From Catajapyx aquilonaris (Eukaryota), in the NCBI GenBank assembly GCA_000934665.2, contig JYFJ02003882.1:1-36692 (forward strand): a stretch of DNA of 36,692 nucleotides, written 5' to 3'. Below are positions 10,801 to 23,307 of this stretch, piece by piece (positions within the stretch are counted from its first letter, which is position 1; each line of letters starts with the position of its first letter). The notes below the pieces were generated by a model that was not told the DNA's origin, did not search any database, and saw only the letters and a list, made by a program, of their open reading frames with translations. The position numbers and the translations under genes are program-made.

Positions 10801-13800
10801 GATTAAGACCCCAGGAACCTCATAATGACCCTAGCCGGCATTCTCTGTCGGCCATACAAGAGCAGCGTACCATTTTGGCTCCGTCGGATGGGGATGAATG
10901 GAAGTGATGGCAAAAGAGAGGAGGGGAAGGCCCATGCTGCGGAGGGACTAAATAACTCCGTCGGCCAATTTGTCAGTGAATTCGGCCTGGAGAAGAAAAG
11001 GAGGAGAGAAAGAGGCAGGGCGCACCAAAGAATGAACCCAAAAGGTGGGCACCCCGGGGCGTCCATCCGCCATTGATGGGACGCATTGACAGCGGAGGTC
11101 ACCGGATCATCTCTTTTGGTCGCGAGGGTGCTTGGTGCGGCATGACCCGCATCGTGTCCCTGTCCATCAAACCCGATGTATTGTTGGTGTGCTGAAGGTG
11201 CGGCCTCGACAGCTGGACCCATGTGAACAACTGTGAAGTGGCCACCATGTGTATAAGATGTGTCAATCGAATCGCCATATTTGCACCAACTTCTCCCAGT
11301 CCTAATATTACACTCTTAACAATTTACCTTATAAAATTAATTACCTTCTATACGCAAAATACCTTCTAAATATGGAAGGTAAGGAGAAATATAGAAGGTA
11401 AGGAGAAATATAGAAGGTAAGAGACACATATAAAGGGTAACTGGGAGGCGAACATGAGTCATCTATAAGGTAACTTCGGGTGTAAGGTAATTTCATCCGA
11501 AATCTTACCTTCTCTATATAGAAGGTAAATGTAGTGTACATCAACTATAGCAGCGGAGACTGCTCTTTACACGGCCTGTGGCACGTAATTCATCAGTGTG
11601 CCCCAGTGCTGTCAGTATAGTCAAGAAGTGGGTTAAGTAACCCCGACAAGCATACATGCATACCAACAAACTTTCCCGTTTTTACTATGAGAGCAAGATA
11701 TGACGAAGAGATCCCTCTATTATCCATCCATCCTTTTGAACCCTTTTGATAATTCCCCTACCATATCTACCTGCCCTTTATGCCTTTAGAAGAGACTTGA
11801 GACCTGCACAGGTGAGTGAATAACCCCCTCCTTTATCTGGACCATCATATTTCCCATCGGCACCCATGATTTTGTTTTTTCACCTTTCCCGAACGAAACA
11901 AAGAGCACCCATGGCACAGCAGCATATATTTTTATAGTACCAAATCCTGGTGGTTAAATCCTCCCCACAATCGCGACATACAACAATCGTGATTTTGATG
12001 GTCCCCTAGTTTATTTTAGCTTGGAGGGGTTGATGGGCCAACGACAGGGAACAAAGTTGATTCGATTAGGTTGGGTCCGAGGATTTATCCTACCCCGAAG
12101 GCCGTGTTCGTTCTGGGAAAACATGGCCGCCTTTTCTCTCTCCCCAACCTGGGTTGTCTGACTTGATAGCTTCATAGCCTCCCTGCAAAAAGAAACAAGG
12201 CTGTTGTGCAGCAGCCCGAATAGAGGATGAGGGGGTCTTCTTCCTTCTCAACGGATTCGTCCAACTGGAGGTAATGGCTTGTCCGGAATAAGAGAGAACC
12301 CCCTATATGGCCTATGGACTCCAGATGGAAAAATCAGGAAAAGTCGAGTTTTTGAAAGGGAGGGTTTCTGGTTTTTAGAGAGGGTGTGTTGCACACGATG
12401 ATGGGTGGAGAATCAGGCAGATGTCAAGTTTCACATTGGCTGGAGGGCAAAATGTTCCGGTTATATGCCCGCGTTGAAGTCTCCCAGAAAAAACAAGTCA
12501 GGAGCATTGTGTGCGGTTTATTTCAAAAAATTAATTCAGGCAGCAGCTTTTTTATCAGGATTTGCGCCTTTGTCGCAATTTTAAAAATTAGACCAATTCA
12601 CACAGTTCGTGAGAGATTAGAAGTTGTTTGTATATGGGGGGCGAACATGCTTCTAAAGCTCGCTTGGGTTATTCATGTGCCTTATGTCAAAGAAATGGAC
12701 GGCTTTTTATGTTCCGAATAATTAATGTGTTGATTGTGGAATCATCAGGGTTATTTTCAGAGTATGCTAAAAGTGTTTTTGGCTTAATAATTTCCAGATG
12801 AAGCAGCACTCGGAATTTAGGAACTTTCACTGCGGAATATGTGTCTTCACCAGCTTGCCAATTATTATTATCATAACTGTTAGGTATTAATTTTTATCAA
12901 AACTCTTCATTCGGAGGGACTTGAACGAAGTACTTTTATATCGAAAATTGATAAAAGCTTGATACCACAGGTGTATAGGACATGATTCTGGACACACTTG
13001 ACGGTACTTTGTCGTAATGATTCGACTACGCCTGTAACTGCTGCTATATACGACCCCATACAATTTGGACAAAAAATAACGATTGCCCTAAGCTGTAATT
13101 TGTCTAACAGCGAATGGATAAACAAATTTGAAAAATGATACATAATATTCATATACATTTCGAGAAAAAATTGATTGCATTGCTCAATTCTTAAATCAAT
13201 TTTGAAAAAAAAACTTAATGAAGATTACTCAAACAGATAGAAACATAGATTTTTTATACTGAAAATGTCGGTGTCATTATGAATGAAAAGCGCTTATACG
13301 ATTATGCACTAAACTATTCATTTTTCTACACGATTGATTTCCACTATATCATCAACCCAAACTGCCATTGTTTTATTCAAGCAGTGAATCAGATAAACCA
13401 TATTAGGATTCCAACCACCTGGGTTCCAGATTGTGTTTCCAATAAAGAACTGTCTTTACTGAACATTGTCCAGCTATGTCCGTTGCAGACTATATGCAAC
13501 AGAAGGTATCCCCCATCATCAAGTCAGGCCCTCCATTGTATGCGTCTGCCTTAAATGACGGTTTGACTCATTGCAACCAAAGCTTATCCAGCACCTGGAA
13601 ATCCCCTGGATGTCAGACACCTCCTGAAAGTAATCTGACCTGACTGCCTACGTAACTTGGTCTCATATAAGAGCAGCAGTTGGGATGCAGCAGCAGGATG
13701 GCGATGAATAAAGTCGGGTTTCTATAAAGAGAGGGAGGGGGGGTGTATGGTGGCAATGGCAAAAGGCCCGTCGTCGATGGTGGTGGTGGTGTCAGTGGGG

Positions 13801-16800
13801 GTAGATCGAGGCGGGGCTTTTCCAGGGGCCAATCGGGGAAGATGACTGCCCCTGGAAAAGCCATTCAGCACCGGTGGGACCCACTGGCTGGAAGCGAGCA
13901 GGATAGGGGCGGGAGGGGGGCCAAGCCTCAAAAAGCCAGGGGTAAANTCCCCCCCCCCCCCCCCTCCCCTGCCAAACTTCCCAAATAGACATTTGAACCC
14001 CTGGTTTGTCGCCGCCATCATTCTGCTCTTGGCTTAGGAGGAGGAACATTTGCTGTTTTGTTTGTGGGCCTTTGAGCTGCTGTATTCTCTCCAGCATGGA
14101 TCTCAGGCTGGCCAAGGTTGGACCCACCTCCACGTCCAGTGAGTACTTATTGACTTTTAATTACCTGCATATTGTTAAGGAGAACAGAGTGGGATTAATC
14201 CGTTTAATTAAAACATTTGCCCGTATGTGTGGCTTGAAGTTGCTTCTGTATCCATATTGCGCTAATTACATATAGTTACATCTACATGATATGAATTTGA
14301 GTTGCTCATCCTCTGTAATTATTTTTTGCAACAATATCAACGCGGGATGGTGTTTCAATGATAGGTAATAATTAACATTATCTCAATCGAATGGTGCAAT
14401 TGGTCTCCAAAGAAACAAATCATCATGAGGCGTAAATTCATTAACGAGTTTACCGATTATCATTATTTCCTGGATGATTTAAAAAAAAAATCATACATTA
14501 CTTGGGAATTTTGTGGCGGTGAATGTCACATGTTGCTGTATTGTAATTGCAACGTAAGTTATGTCTGGAATGTCTGGCCAATTATTCGCGTTTACGTAAA
14601 TTACGTTGTACCTTTATATACACTCCGGCAGCCAGTGCCTGCGGAGTGCATGGAAAGATGCAACATACTACATAGAGAGTACATTATATAGCATTTGCAT
14701 GCACATTCAGACCAGCTCATATACAGCTAAGCCTTACAACTTTTGTATAGAGAAAAACACACGGAAGCGCTGTAATAAATTTCAACGGAAAATATCATTA
14801 ACTTCTACAACGCTATATACATATACATTTAACGGAAAATCAGCGTAAGAGTTTTGCCTGCATGCATTACAGCTATGCTTGAAACAAGAAACTGACATTC
14901 TGGTAATTTTGATGATTTTGATAATTGTTTAAATTATTTCTATTGTACGTTTAATTGTAATTGTAATAATTGCGATTGCAGTGCTATTGTAATTGTAGTC
15001 GTAACAAAAACATCTATAGCGACATCACATATATACTGTTTTTTGCGTGTTATTTGATGAGGGGCTAATAAATTGATTTAGTCTACTTTAATAATGTTCT
15101 CATCAAAGTCCACCGGAAATGCATGAAATAAGATATATAGAAATGATATTGTCCTGCTCGGATGACGCTCTATTTCATTAATTTGTAAGGATAATATGCA
15201 CAAGTAGCATGTTTTATTGTCAGTGCTGCGTGTCGCATGAAGCTTTATAAATATTGCATATGCACCGACATAGGCCATATTGCTTTATAAATGTTTAAAT
15301 TATTTTTTGTACATTTCAAATGAAGCTTGCCTGCAGCAGCTATACAGCATAACTGCCCACACACGTACCTAAAAAAAGGGTAATATTTCAATCTAAAACT
15401 TTGCGGATGTAACAAAATCACTTATCCCACTTCGAAATTAAATAATATTATGACTGTCATGTCGGAAATGTATTCTTGACCAAAGGTCTCCTGCAACTTA
15501 TTAGAGAGACGCTATGATTATTTTCAATATTTGTCAGTCACCATCTATACTAAAAATTATATTACACACGCATACTCTAATTTGTGACATGATACCTGTG
15601 GCAGTATTTTCTCTTTTTGCATAATTATTATGGCACTGAATGAAGGCGATAATAATTTCTGATAATGAATCCTCCACAATATATCTTCAATCGTACAACG
15701 TATATCCGCAAAAGTCATTATTTTGTCGACACAATCAGTCCATGCGCAATTCAAGCCTTCTGAAATTACTTTCATTCACTTATTTCTGATAAGCGCTGCT
15801 GTCTATCGCCTATTGTGAATACACCCTGCCAGTTGGACCCCCTCTATATCGCCCCCATCCAATCTGGAAACCGCTAATTACCAAAACCCACGAAAAGGGG
15901 CTCCCCCACCCAAATCCAGCAGCAGCAGAAAACACTCTTTTTCCCCCCCATCAAAACAACCCTCCATAATCACCTTACCCACCCAAATTCGACGCATAAA
16001 CTCACTTATCACAAAATTGCGACATCTCCCGAGATTTTCTCCTCCATATAAAAAGATTCGTCGGGGAGACAAATCATCCGATTATACGCGCAGCATCCCA
16101 GAAGCCTGTAACCGCCCCTCCATTTTGGATTTATCCGTAACCCATAACGTCCCCCGTGGACTTGTTTTGGTTTGCCAACGACACTAGGGTGAAAAGGGGG
16201 GCAGGTGGAGGACATCAGACAATCAAGGGGGAGGGAAAAAGAGGGGTTGAATCTGAGGCTGGCTGCTGGTAACCCAACAGAGTCCCCGTCGGTCCTCGTC
16301 ATCCGGAAAAAAAGAGGGGGGGACAAAGAGAGAAGGCCTCCATTTTGCATTGGGCAGGGGGTTAAAAAAAATCCCTCAGCTGTTGTCTACCTCACTGATT
16401 CTCAATCAGTGGCTCGTTCGGGGTCAATTACTAGGTTCCGATGTTTCAGCCGCTCATCTCCCACAGTTTCTATTCGGGGAGGGCAGCAGTTGCGTGAGAT
16501 AAGTTGCCCCCTTTGCAACAATAGGAGGTGGTATTAATAAAATGTTATGTATTCCCCTATGCAAGGCCCAGGTTATGTTGCGAGGGAGTGAATATTAGCA
16601 TAATTTTATATGCAGGTGGTATAGATGGACGATAAGTTGCTGTGGTCACATGTCACTGCTTCAATGACCTCAGTGCAAGGTGTACATACTGGCAATGTTC
16701 ATATGCCTTATATGAGACCCCTGGTACAGTATACTGTACCAGGGGTCTCTATGCAACTTTTTGAATATTTTGATGCATTTTATTTAGTGATGAGCTGGGG

Positions 16801-18140
16801 GATGTATACTTCCTCCATGACATCCGGTTTCCAACAGATGCGACCGCATCAAATCGCGGACATTGGTGTCCTAGCACACCTGATGAACCCAAACTCTCCC
16901 ACAACACATTAGAGACGCATCTGCCTAAAATCTGCACCCACTTCCGCACCTCCAAAATTCCAATGTCAGATTGGGTGTAGGTCCACAAGCTGTTGTTTCT
17001 AGAGGGGGGAAAGTTTAAATGGCCCCTATGCTATATTTTTGGGTGAGAGCTCTTCCTTCCGGAAGAGGCGCGTGGCTTTGGCAACACTCGACTGCCCAAC
17101 CGGAACCCGCCATTTTGATGCACTCGTTAGCCTACCCTTTTTTTTTGCTCTCCGGATTGAATGTGGGGGCCATCGAGGTTTAATCGCCTCATCAACACCA
17201 ACTATATTGTTTCCGTTTGTCGATTTTTGCACTCTTGACACCTGCCGATTGTATTTGATCAGGATTCGATGCAAATTTTATGGTGCACGTGCGGACTTTT
17301 CTGTGGAGGTGTGGCATTTAATTTGCAGTTATTTTGCAATTCTGATTTGCCTCCGATGGTCTTATCAGGTTGATTCGGCCAGGGTATATGCCAATATTTG
17401 AATTTATTATAATAACATGACGCGTCGGTTGCTTTTATGTGTGGATTTGACACATGTTGGTACCGGACACGTGCCAGATCTTACACCCGATTACGGCTCA
17501 TAAAGTATGGCCGGACTTGCCTTCATAGGTAGCCTAGCAGGCTACAAGTACAAACAAAAATTTTGACGAATTTTTTTTCGTAATATTTTTTTCGCAACTT
17601 TCCCACGGTAAGTTCAACATATCGCACAATCTTCCAAATTTAAATGGCTTTCCAGCGTGTGTGAAGCGATTTAAATGGGCTCCCCTCTCATCATTTCCTC
17701 CCACACACACACCATAAGGTGCCATCACAACAAGTGCTAATAAACCCTCTCCCCCTGATGGGTGTAATACCTAGCCGGGGAATCCGATGCTCCCCAATTA
17801 TTGCATTGGGGTGGCTTATGGGAAACTTGTCACGGGTAGCTTCCCAAAGTAGGTTCCTATGCACACCACCTGCTGTTGTTGGGAAGATCCGACGAATGGC
17901 TCATCCCTCAAGTGACAGACCCAAAAGTGAGGGGGGTGATTTGCGGTGTATCATGATGGCAAACCCCCTGTTGGTCAGCACAAGTCTGCCGTGACCTTTT
18001 TGCGTGATATTATGCGTTTCCCCCTCTCCCGGAAACACCCATCGGCAAGGGGAGAAAATGAGATGGGTTATTAGTTAAGGAGGGGGTGATATTGTGGTTG
18101 AATGAACATTGTTGTAATAATATTTTGGATTTAATTGCAG
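7900..18140. promoter_or_regulatory. Probable tailless upstream cis-regulatory field (enhancer blocks, promoter, intron 1)
   Basis: About 10 kb without a credible CDS. GC-richer blocks (~7.9-9.1, 9.6-11.3, 11.6-12.5, 13.4-14.2, 15.8-17.3, 17.7-18.1 kb) alternate with AT-rich spacers and contain Sox-, Su(H)-, K50-homeodomain- and octamer-like motifs. Function inferred from position. Confidence 0.5.
11311..11536. mobile_element. MITE-like element with CACT...AGTG ends and (G)AAGGTAA internal repeats
   Basis: TA-CACTCTTAACAATTTACCTT ... AAGGTAAATGTAGTG-TA. Many TTACCTT/AAGGTAA motifs, including a tandem 19-mer AGGAGAAATATAGAAGGTA. Confidence 0.7.
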
Positions 18141-19641
18141 GTCGTATTCTGTATGACATCCCCTGCAAAGTGTGTCAAGATCATTCTTCTGGGAAGCATT
18201 ACGGAATTTTTGCGTGTGACGGGTACGTATGGCTGCAGTCTGCGTAAATGCTAAATGTGATAATTGTTGTAATTTCAGGTGCGCAGGATTTTTTAAGCGG
18301 TCGATTCGACGTAATAGGCAGTATGTGTGTAAGGCCAAGTCTGAAGGCTCCTGCTTGGTGGACAAGACGCATCGGAACCAGTGTCGAGCATGCCGACTTA
18401 AGAAGTGTCTGGAGGCCGGCATGAACAAAGACGGTATGCATCATGGTACAGTACACAGCATAGTTTCTAATCTTCTAACTCGCGCAACATGTATACAATC
18501 AACTTACGTGCTTTAAATTTGACAGCGGTCCAGCACGAGAGAGGACCACGAAATTCGACAATCCGACGTCAAATGTCGCTGTTCTTCAACAAGGAGCCGG
18601 ACAGCGACGGAAGCAGCGGTAGTCACCATATGGGTATGCCACATCCTGGCATGTTACCCCAACCTTTACCTCCGCCTGTTGACCTAGCAGTACCCAAGGA
18701 TGGAAACAGCGAAAACCCGCCACATCTTCACGGCCTGCTGTCCCCAATTAGACCTGGCTTGCTGTGCGTTCCAACTCCAAAGGTAGATATACTGATCGAA
18801 CACTGAACAATCAGATGTTACAACAGTGTCTGTTGCAGTACCCTCACGAGGTGCCGATGACATTAGCCGTCAGTCCCGAAAGTGTGTGCGAATCGGCAGC
18901 CAGACTTTTGTTCATGAACGTCAAGTGGGCCAAGAGCGTTCCGGCTTTCACGTCACTGCCGTTTCGCGATCAGGTATGCGACCATCACGTGCTGATGTCT
19001 GAATTCGCCCATTTCGGTGGCGCCCACGACAGAAAAAAAAGTGCTGACCAAATTCAATTTCAGATTCTATTACTGGAAGAGAGCTGGAGGGAGCTGTTTG
19101 TCCTAGGAGCTGCTCAGTTTCTTCTTCCGGTTGAGGCAGGACCTCTCCTGGCAGCTTCCGGTCTTATCCAGTCGTCGGTACCGGAATGTACTCTCAGCCT
19201 TCTACATGAGCTCAAGTCGTTTCAGGAAACACTGTCAAAATTCAAGCACATGCAGGTCGACCCCACGGAGTACGCCTGTTTGAGGGCAGTCCTTCTGTTC
19301 AAGACAGGTACGCGGCCGGATCGGGCATTGAAGTCGCTCAAATGTTTCATCACAAATATTGTGCCGTTTCAGCTTTTGATTCCGGATCATCAGACTTCAA
19401 GGGACTGAGAGAGTTGCCGACGGTGTCAAGTCTTCAAGATCAGGCGCAATTGGCTCTTGGAAAGTACATTTCGGCGGCCTACCCCAGCCAGCCTCTTCGT
19501 TTCGGAAAGCTCTTGTTGTTGCTGCCGTCTCTCAGAGCAGTTAGCGCAACGACCATTGAGGAACTCTTCTTCAGAAAGACCATCGGAAACATTCCTATTG
19601 AACGGATTATCTGTGATATGTACAAATCCAGTGACATGTAG
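18141..19641 (+). CDS. tll: Nuclear receptor Tailless / TLX (NR2E); 5'-partial, first coding exon unresolved
   Basis: Exons 18141-18222, 18279-18433, 18526-18782, 18839-18973, 19064-19307, 19373-19641, all GT-AG and frame-consistent (~380 aa). [48 protein letters not shown]...[16 protein letters not shown]...[41 protein letters not shown]...[11 protein letters not shown]...[13 protein letters not shown]...[24 protein letters not shown]. Candidate exon 1 at 17507-17528 (MAGLAFI, phase 1) is tentative. Confidence 0.97.
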
Positions 19642-22367
19642 TTAACGATATGTGTAGTTGCATACCAATACGTTGCCTTTGAAAGACAATATGTGCAGTA
19701 TTTTTTAGGAAAATTGAATATATTTTAAATTGTGGCGGAATGACACGTACTTTATCATTTTGATTTGTGATGCTTGCTGTAATCAGTTTTTTTTGTGTGT
19801 GTGATATGTTTGTTTTAAATTAAGTATCTTCTGTTGATAACCGGTTGGGCAGTAGTTCTGTCCTTAAATTGCACACTGATTTTGTGAATATTTTATATAA
19901 TTACATCGTCGGTTTGAGACGTTTTCGGGAAATGCGTAACGCCATTTTGTATATGCTATGCTGATTTTTTAATTCGGATTTTGAGTACATAAAACCATTC
20001 ACTATACATTATTACGATTAAATATGTCAGTAACAAACGGTGATGGAAAGCATGAAATTATGAAACTTTTGTTTGATCCCGACGAATGTCTTTCCGTTTT
20101 TTTGGCAATTTTTTTTTTGTAATATTACTTTGGTACACCCTTCCCAAAAACGTCTAATGTAATTTCACATCGATCAGCATCCATAAATTTTGAGTTACAT
20201 CCACATTAGTGCAGCACATAGGCTTTTTTTAAATAAAAAAATCCACCTATAATTACACGTCAATCACTGTAAATTCCACATAAACAGATTATGGTTTTCT
20301 TCTTGTACAAAAAAAAAACAATAAAAGAAGCCAGACGAATATTTTGTTATACGGACACACCGGCTTTAAATTCATTATGTGAATATTTCCAGCTGACATC
20401 ACCCTTGATGTGCCTAGGGGTACATACCATCCTCTTCCCTTGGGCTTTTGATCAAAAGGCGGGCTTGGTTGAATGAAGTCCCCCCCCCTTTTGCTTTTGT
20501 GATGAGCCCTACCCCCCCTAAAACCGTCCTAGGAAGGTCCAGTTATGTATAGGAGGAGGGCGGTATATACTGGGCCGACAAATGGCTGGCTTGGGGTCCA
20601 CCATAGAGTGACGAGTAGGGGCGATTAGGAGTCTATTCAGACAGGATTGGAAGGCGTTTGCAAGCTGTGGTAAACGGACTCTCTGCCAGTCGGACATAAT
20701 AGAAAGGGGGGGGCGCCGGCTTCCGAAAATGACCACAAGACTTTTCCGGGACATTTTGTCGCCGGAAAAGACCGAGAAAGAAAGAAAAAAAAATAAAGGA
20801 CTTATGGCCCCTTCTTGATTTTTATCTGGAAGTTGCTAGAGGAGATCATCCCCTATAGGAAAAACTGTACTTTTTGTCACCTGCTGGTGCCAATTGACTT
20901 GTTATTGTCTCTCAGAGGATTTGGTGGTCGAAGCAGCTAGAAGGGGTTGGACACTCATTTCGGGATGCATTGTTGGGTTGAAAGTAATCCCTCTGATTTT
21001 TGTCTGGATTCACCTGCCAAACACAGGTTTCGTTCTTTCACAGGTCAGCAAGCAGGAAATATTTTAGAAGGAACACGTCTTTTGACAATCTTCTGAAAAC
21101 TATATATACGACCTCGTTGAAAAATTATTCTGCATTTTCAAGAAAATTGCAAATTTTCTGACAAATTTTCTGCGAATTCAATATGTTTATTAGATAATAA
21201 TTTATCTGCTAGAAACGCCAGTGAAACCTTTCAAAAATACCCACACAATTTTTACAATTGAAGTGAGTAGCATATTTTTGAATTGAGTCCAGGCTGTAGT
21301 TTACTGGTGTTCAATATATGTTCTCTTGCTCAAGTACAGCGTGTGCTCAAAGTCCACGTCCAAAAGACAGAAGGAGTCATTAGGCACGGTCCGCTAATCT
21401 GCTGGACAGTAATGGAGCCCCAATTTGTCTACCAGGGATGAAAAGCAGCAGAGGGGTTGAAAGCAAAGGGCAAAAGGAGATGAGTAAGTCCGCCGAAGCC
21501 GATCTTTATCCCCGGACTTCCTGGGTCCTCCTTTGTCCATCACCGACCACCGAAAAATGCCCACAAAAGGGGGGGTCCTGGCCCAGACGGGGCCACCCCC
21601 TTTCATCACCCTTGTCCATCAAAAACAGTATACAGTTAAACCCAAAGTGTTAAACTCGCGCAAACCGGATCATGACCAATGTTTCATACTCGATTGACTT
21701 TATTGAAACATATGCACTTTTCATCCCCTCTGGTGCGCTCTACACCAAAAGGGGTGACTGGTGGGTCCTCCAGCTTCCACATATGAAAAGCCTTTCTTTC
21801 CTATATATAGGGGAGGGAGACTCTCAACTGTTATATAAGAGGGTACCTTTGTGGCGTTTGTTCCCCGCCTCTCATTAGGAGCAAAAGACGCGCGTTTTGT
21901 GCCTGTATGGTTCAAGTGGGCTTGTTGGACTTGCTGAAGAGGGGAAACCACGCCGAGCACTCAACCCAAGGGACCCCAGCAGAACACTCGAGGCCGTTTC
22001 TCACCTGAATGCAGAATGCCAAGGTAGTAATGTGGAAAATCGGTTTTGTCCCTTTGAAATGTGATTACATCTGGCCTGTGGATGGTGATGATGGGAGAAG
22101 AACTGAAGCTAAAGTTTGGTTCCGAGGGACTTATACAAGTGGAGCTCCCAGGGAACCTCTCAAAAAACTACTTTTGTGGTGTCGCAGTTTCCCACAGATT
22201 CGGTGTCGTTCTTCAGGAGACACAACCTTCACATCCGAAGTGATACACTTCAAAACCGTGTATTCAGGAGAGCTGCGCATAGCAATTCACCCAGAAGTTG
22301 CAATGAAAATGGTTTAAACCAAAAATTTCTATCAGGGGCTCCCCATACTAAAAGATCTTCCCTGATG

Positions 22368-23307
22368 CACTCTCTAAAAATTCCCGAGTAAAAATTTCGC
22401 TCAAAAACAGGAGCAATTTCGCAAAATGCACTTTTTGAGTGAATTTCACTCCGGCCGCTCTAATCGAGTGGAAGATTACTCGAAAAAAGAGTGAAAATAA
22501 GTGGGAGACTACTCTCTAAAAAAATAAGAGTTAAATTAACTCTTTTAAACCTTGAAAGTGGTCATTACCAAAAATGAGTTATAATAACTCTTTGCTGGAG
22601 TTCAAACAACTCTTTTAGTTCATTTCATCCTCCGAAAGAGTTAATGAATAACTCTTTCGGAGGATGAAATGAACTGAAAGAGTTGTTTTAACTCCAGCGA
22701 AAGAGTTATTATAACTCATTTTTGGTAATGACCACTTTCAAGGTTAAAAGAGTTAAAAAGAACCCAACTTGAGTTTTTTTAACTCTTTTTTTTTAGAGAG
22801 TACGATTTCAGTGAGCAAAACCTATTTTACTCAATTTTTTCTGAGTGAACAATAATTTTCACTTAAATCGACTGGGAGTCTAATCGAGTATGCGAAAGAG
22901 TGAAAATCACTCAAATCTAGTGGAAAAACACTCGAAATTTTTAGTGACATGTATAATAGAATTATACAGTACTGGTAAGTTTATCTAAACTTTTCGAGTT
23001 AAAATTTCACTCAAATTATGAGCAATTTCGCAAAAATGAGTGAACAATTTTCACTTAAATCGACTGGGAGACAAATCAAGTTTGCGAAAGAGTGAAAATC
23101 ACTCAAATCGAGTGGAAAAACACTCGAAATTTTTTAGTGATATGTATAATAGAATATTACAGTACTTGTATCGAAAATTTGCGAGCAAAAATTTCACGCA
23201 AATTATGAGCAATTTCGCAAAATGCTCTTTTTCAGTGAATTTCTCTCCGCAAAGTGTTACTTGAACTCAAATCGAGTGGAAAATTACTCTGAAATTTTTT
23301 TGAAGTG
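22368..23307. mobile_element. Tandem array of ~190-nt MITE-like units (GAGTGAA/TTCACTC motifs), CACT...AGTG ends
   Basis: Starts CACTCTCTAAAAATT, ends TTTTTTGAAGTG-TA. CGAG.AAAATTTC..CAAA...GAGCAATTTCGCAAAA occurs at ~22385, ~22995 and ~23182. GAGTGAACAA..TTTTCACTTAAATCGACTGGGAG occurs at ~22843 and ~23038. Confidence 0.75.
22512..22800. mobile_element. Young palindromic MITE nested in the array above
   Basis: TA-CTCTCTAAAAAAA ... TTTTTTTAGAGAG-TA. Internal near-perfect palindrome 22548-22745 centred on 22646, built from AAGAGTT/AACTCTT motifs. Confidence 0.85.

Noticed and set aside
13947..13964. N plus 16-nt poly-C tract as a structural (G-quadruplex) element
   Set aside because: The ambiguous base marks low sequence quality, so the tract length is unreliable.
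7878..17994. Many 60-140 aa ORFs upstream of tll
   Set aside because: Overlapping on both strands in GC-richer blocks, with no homology cues or consistent splice chain.
22368..23307. Three ~190-nt repeats as a CRISPR-like array, and ORF 23040-23264
   Set aside because: Whole units are similar to each other with no repeat-spacer structure; the ORF is a by-product.
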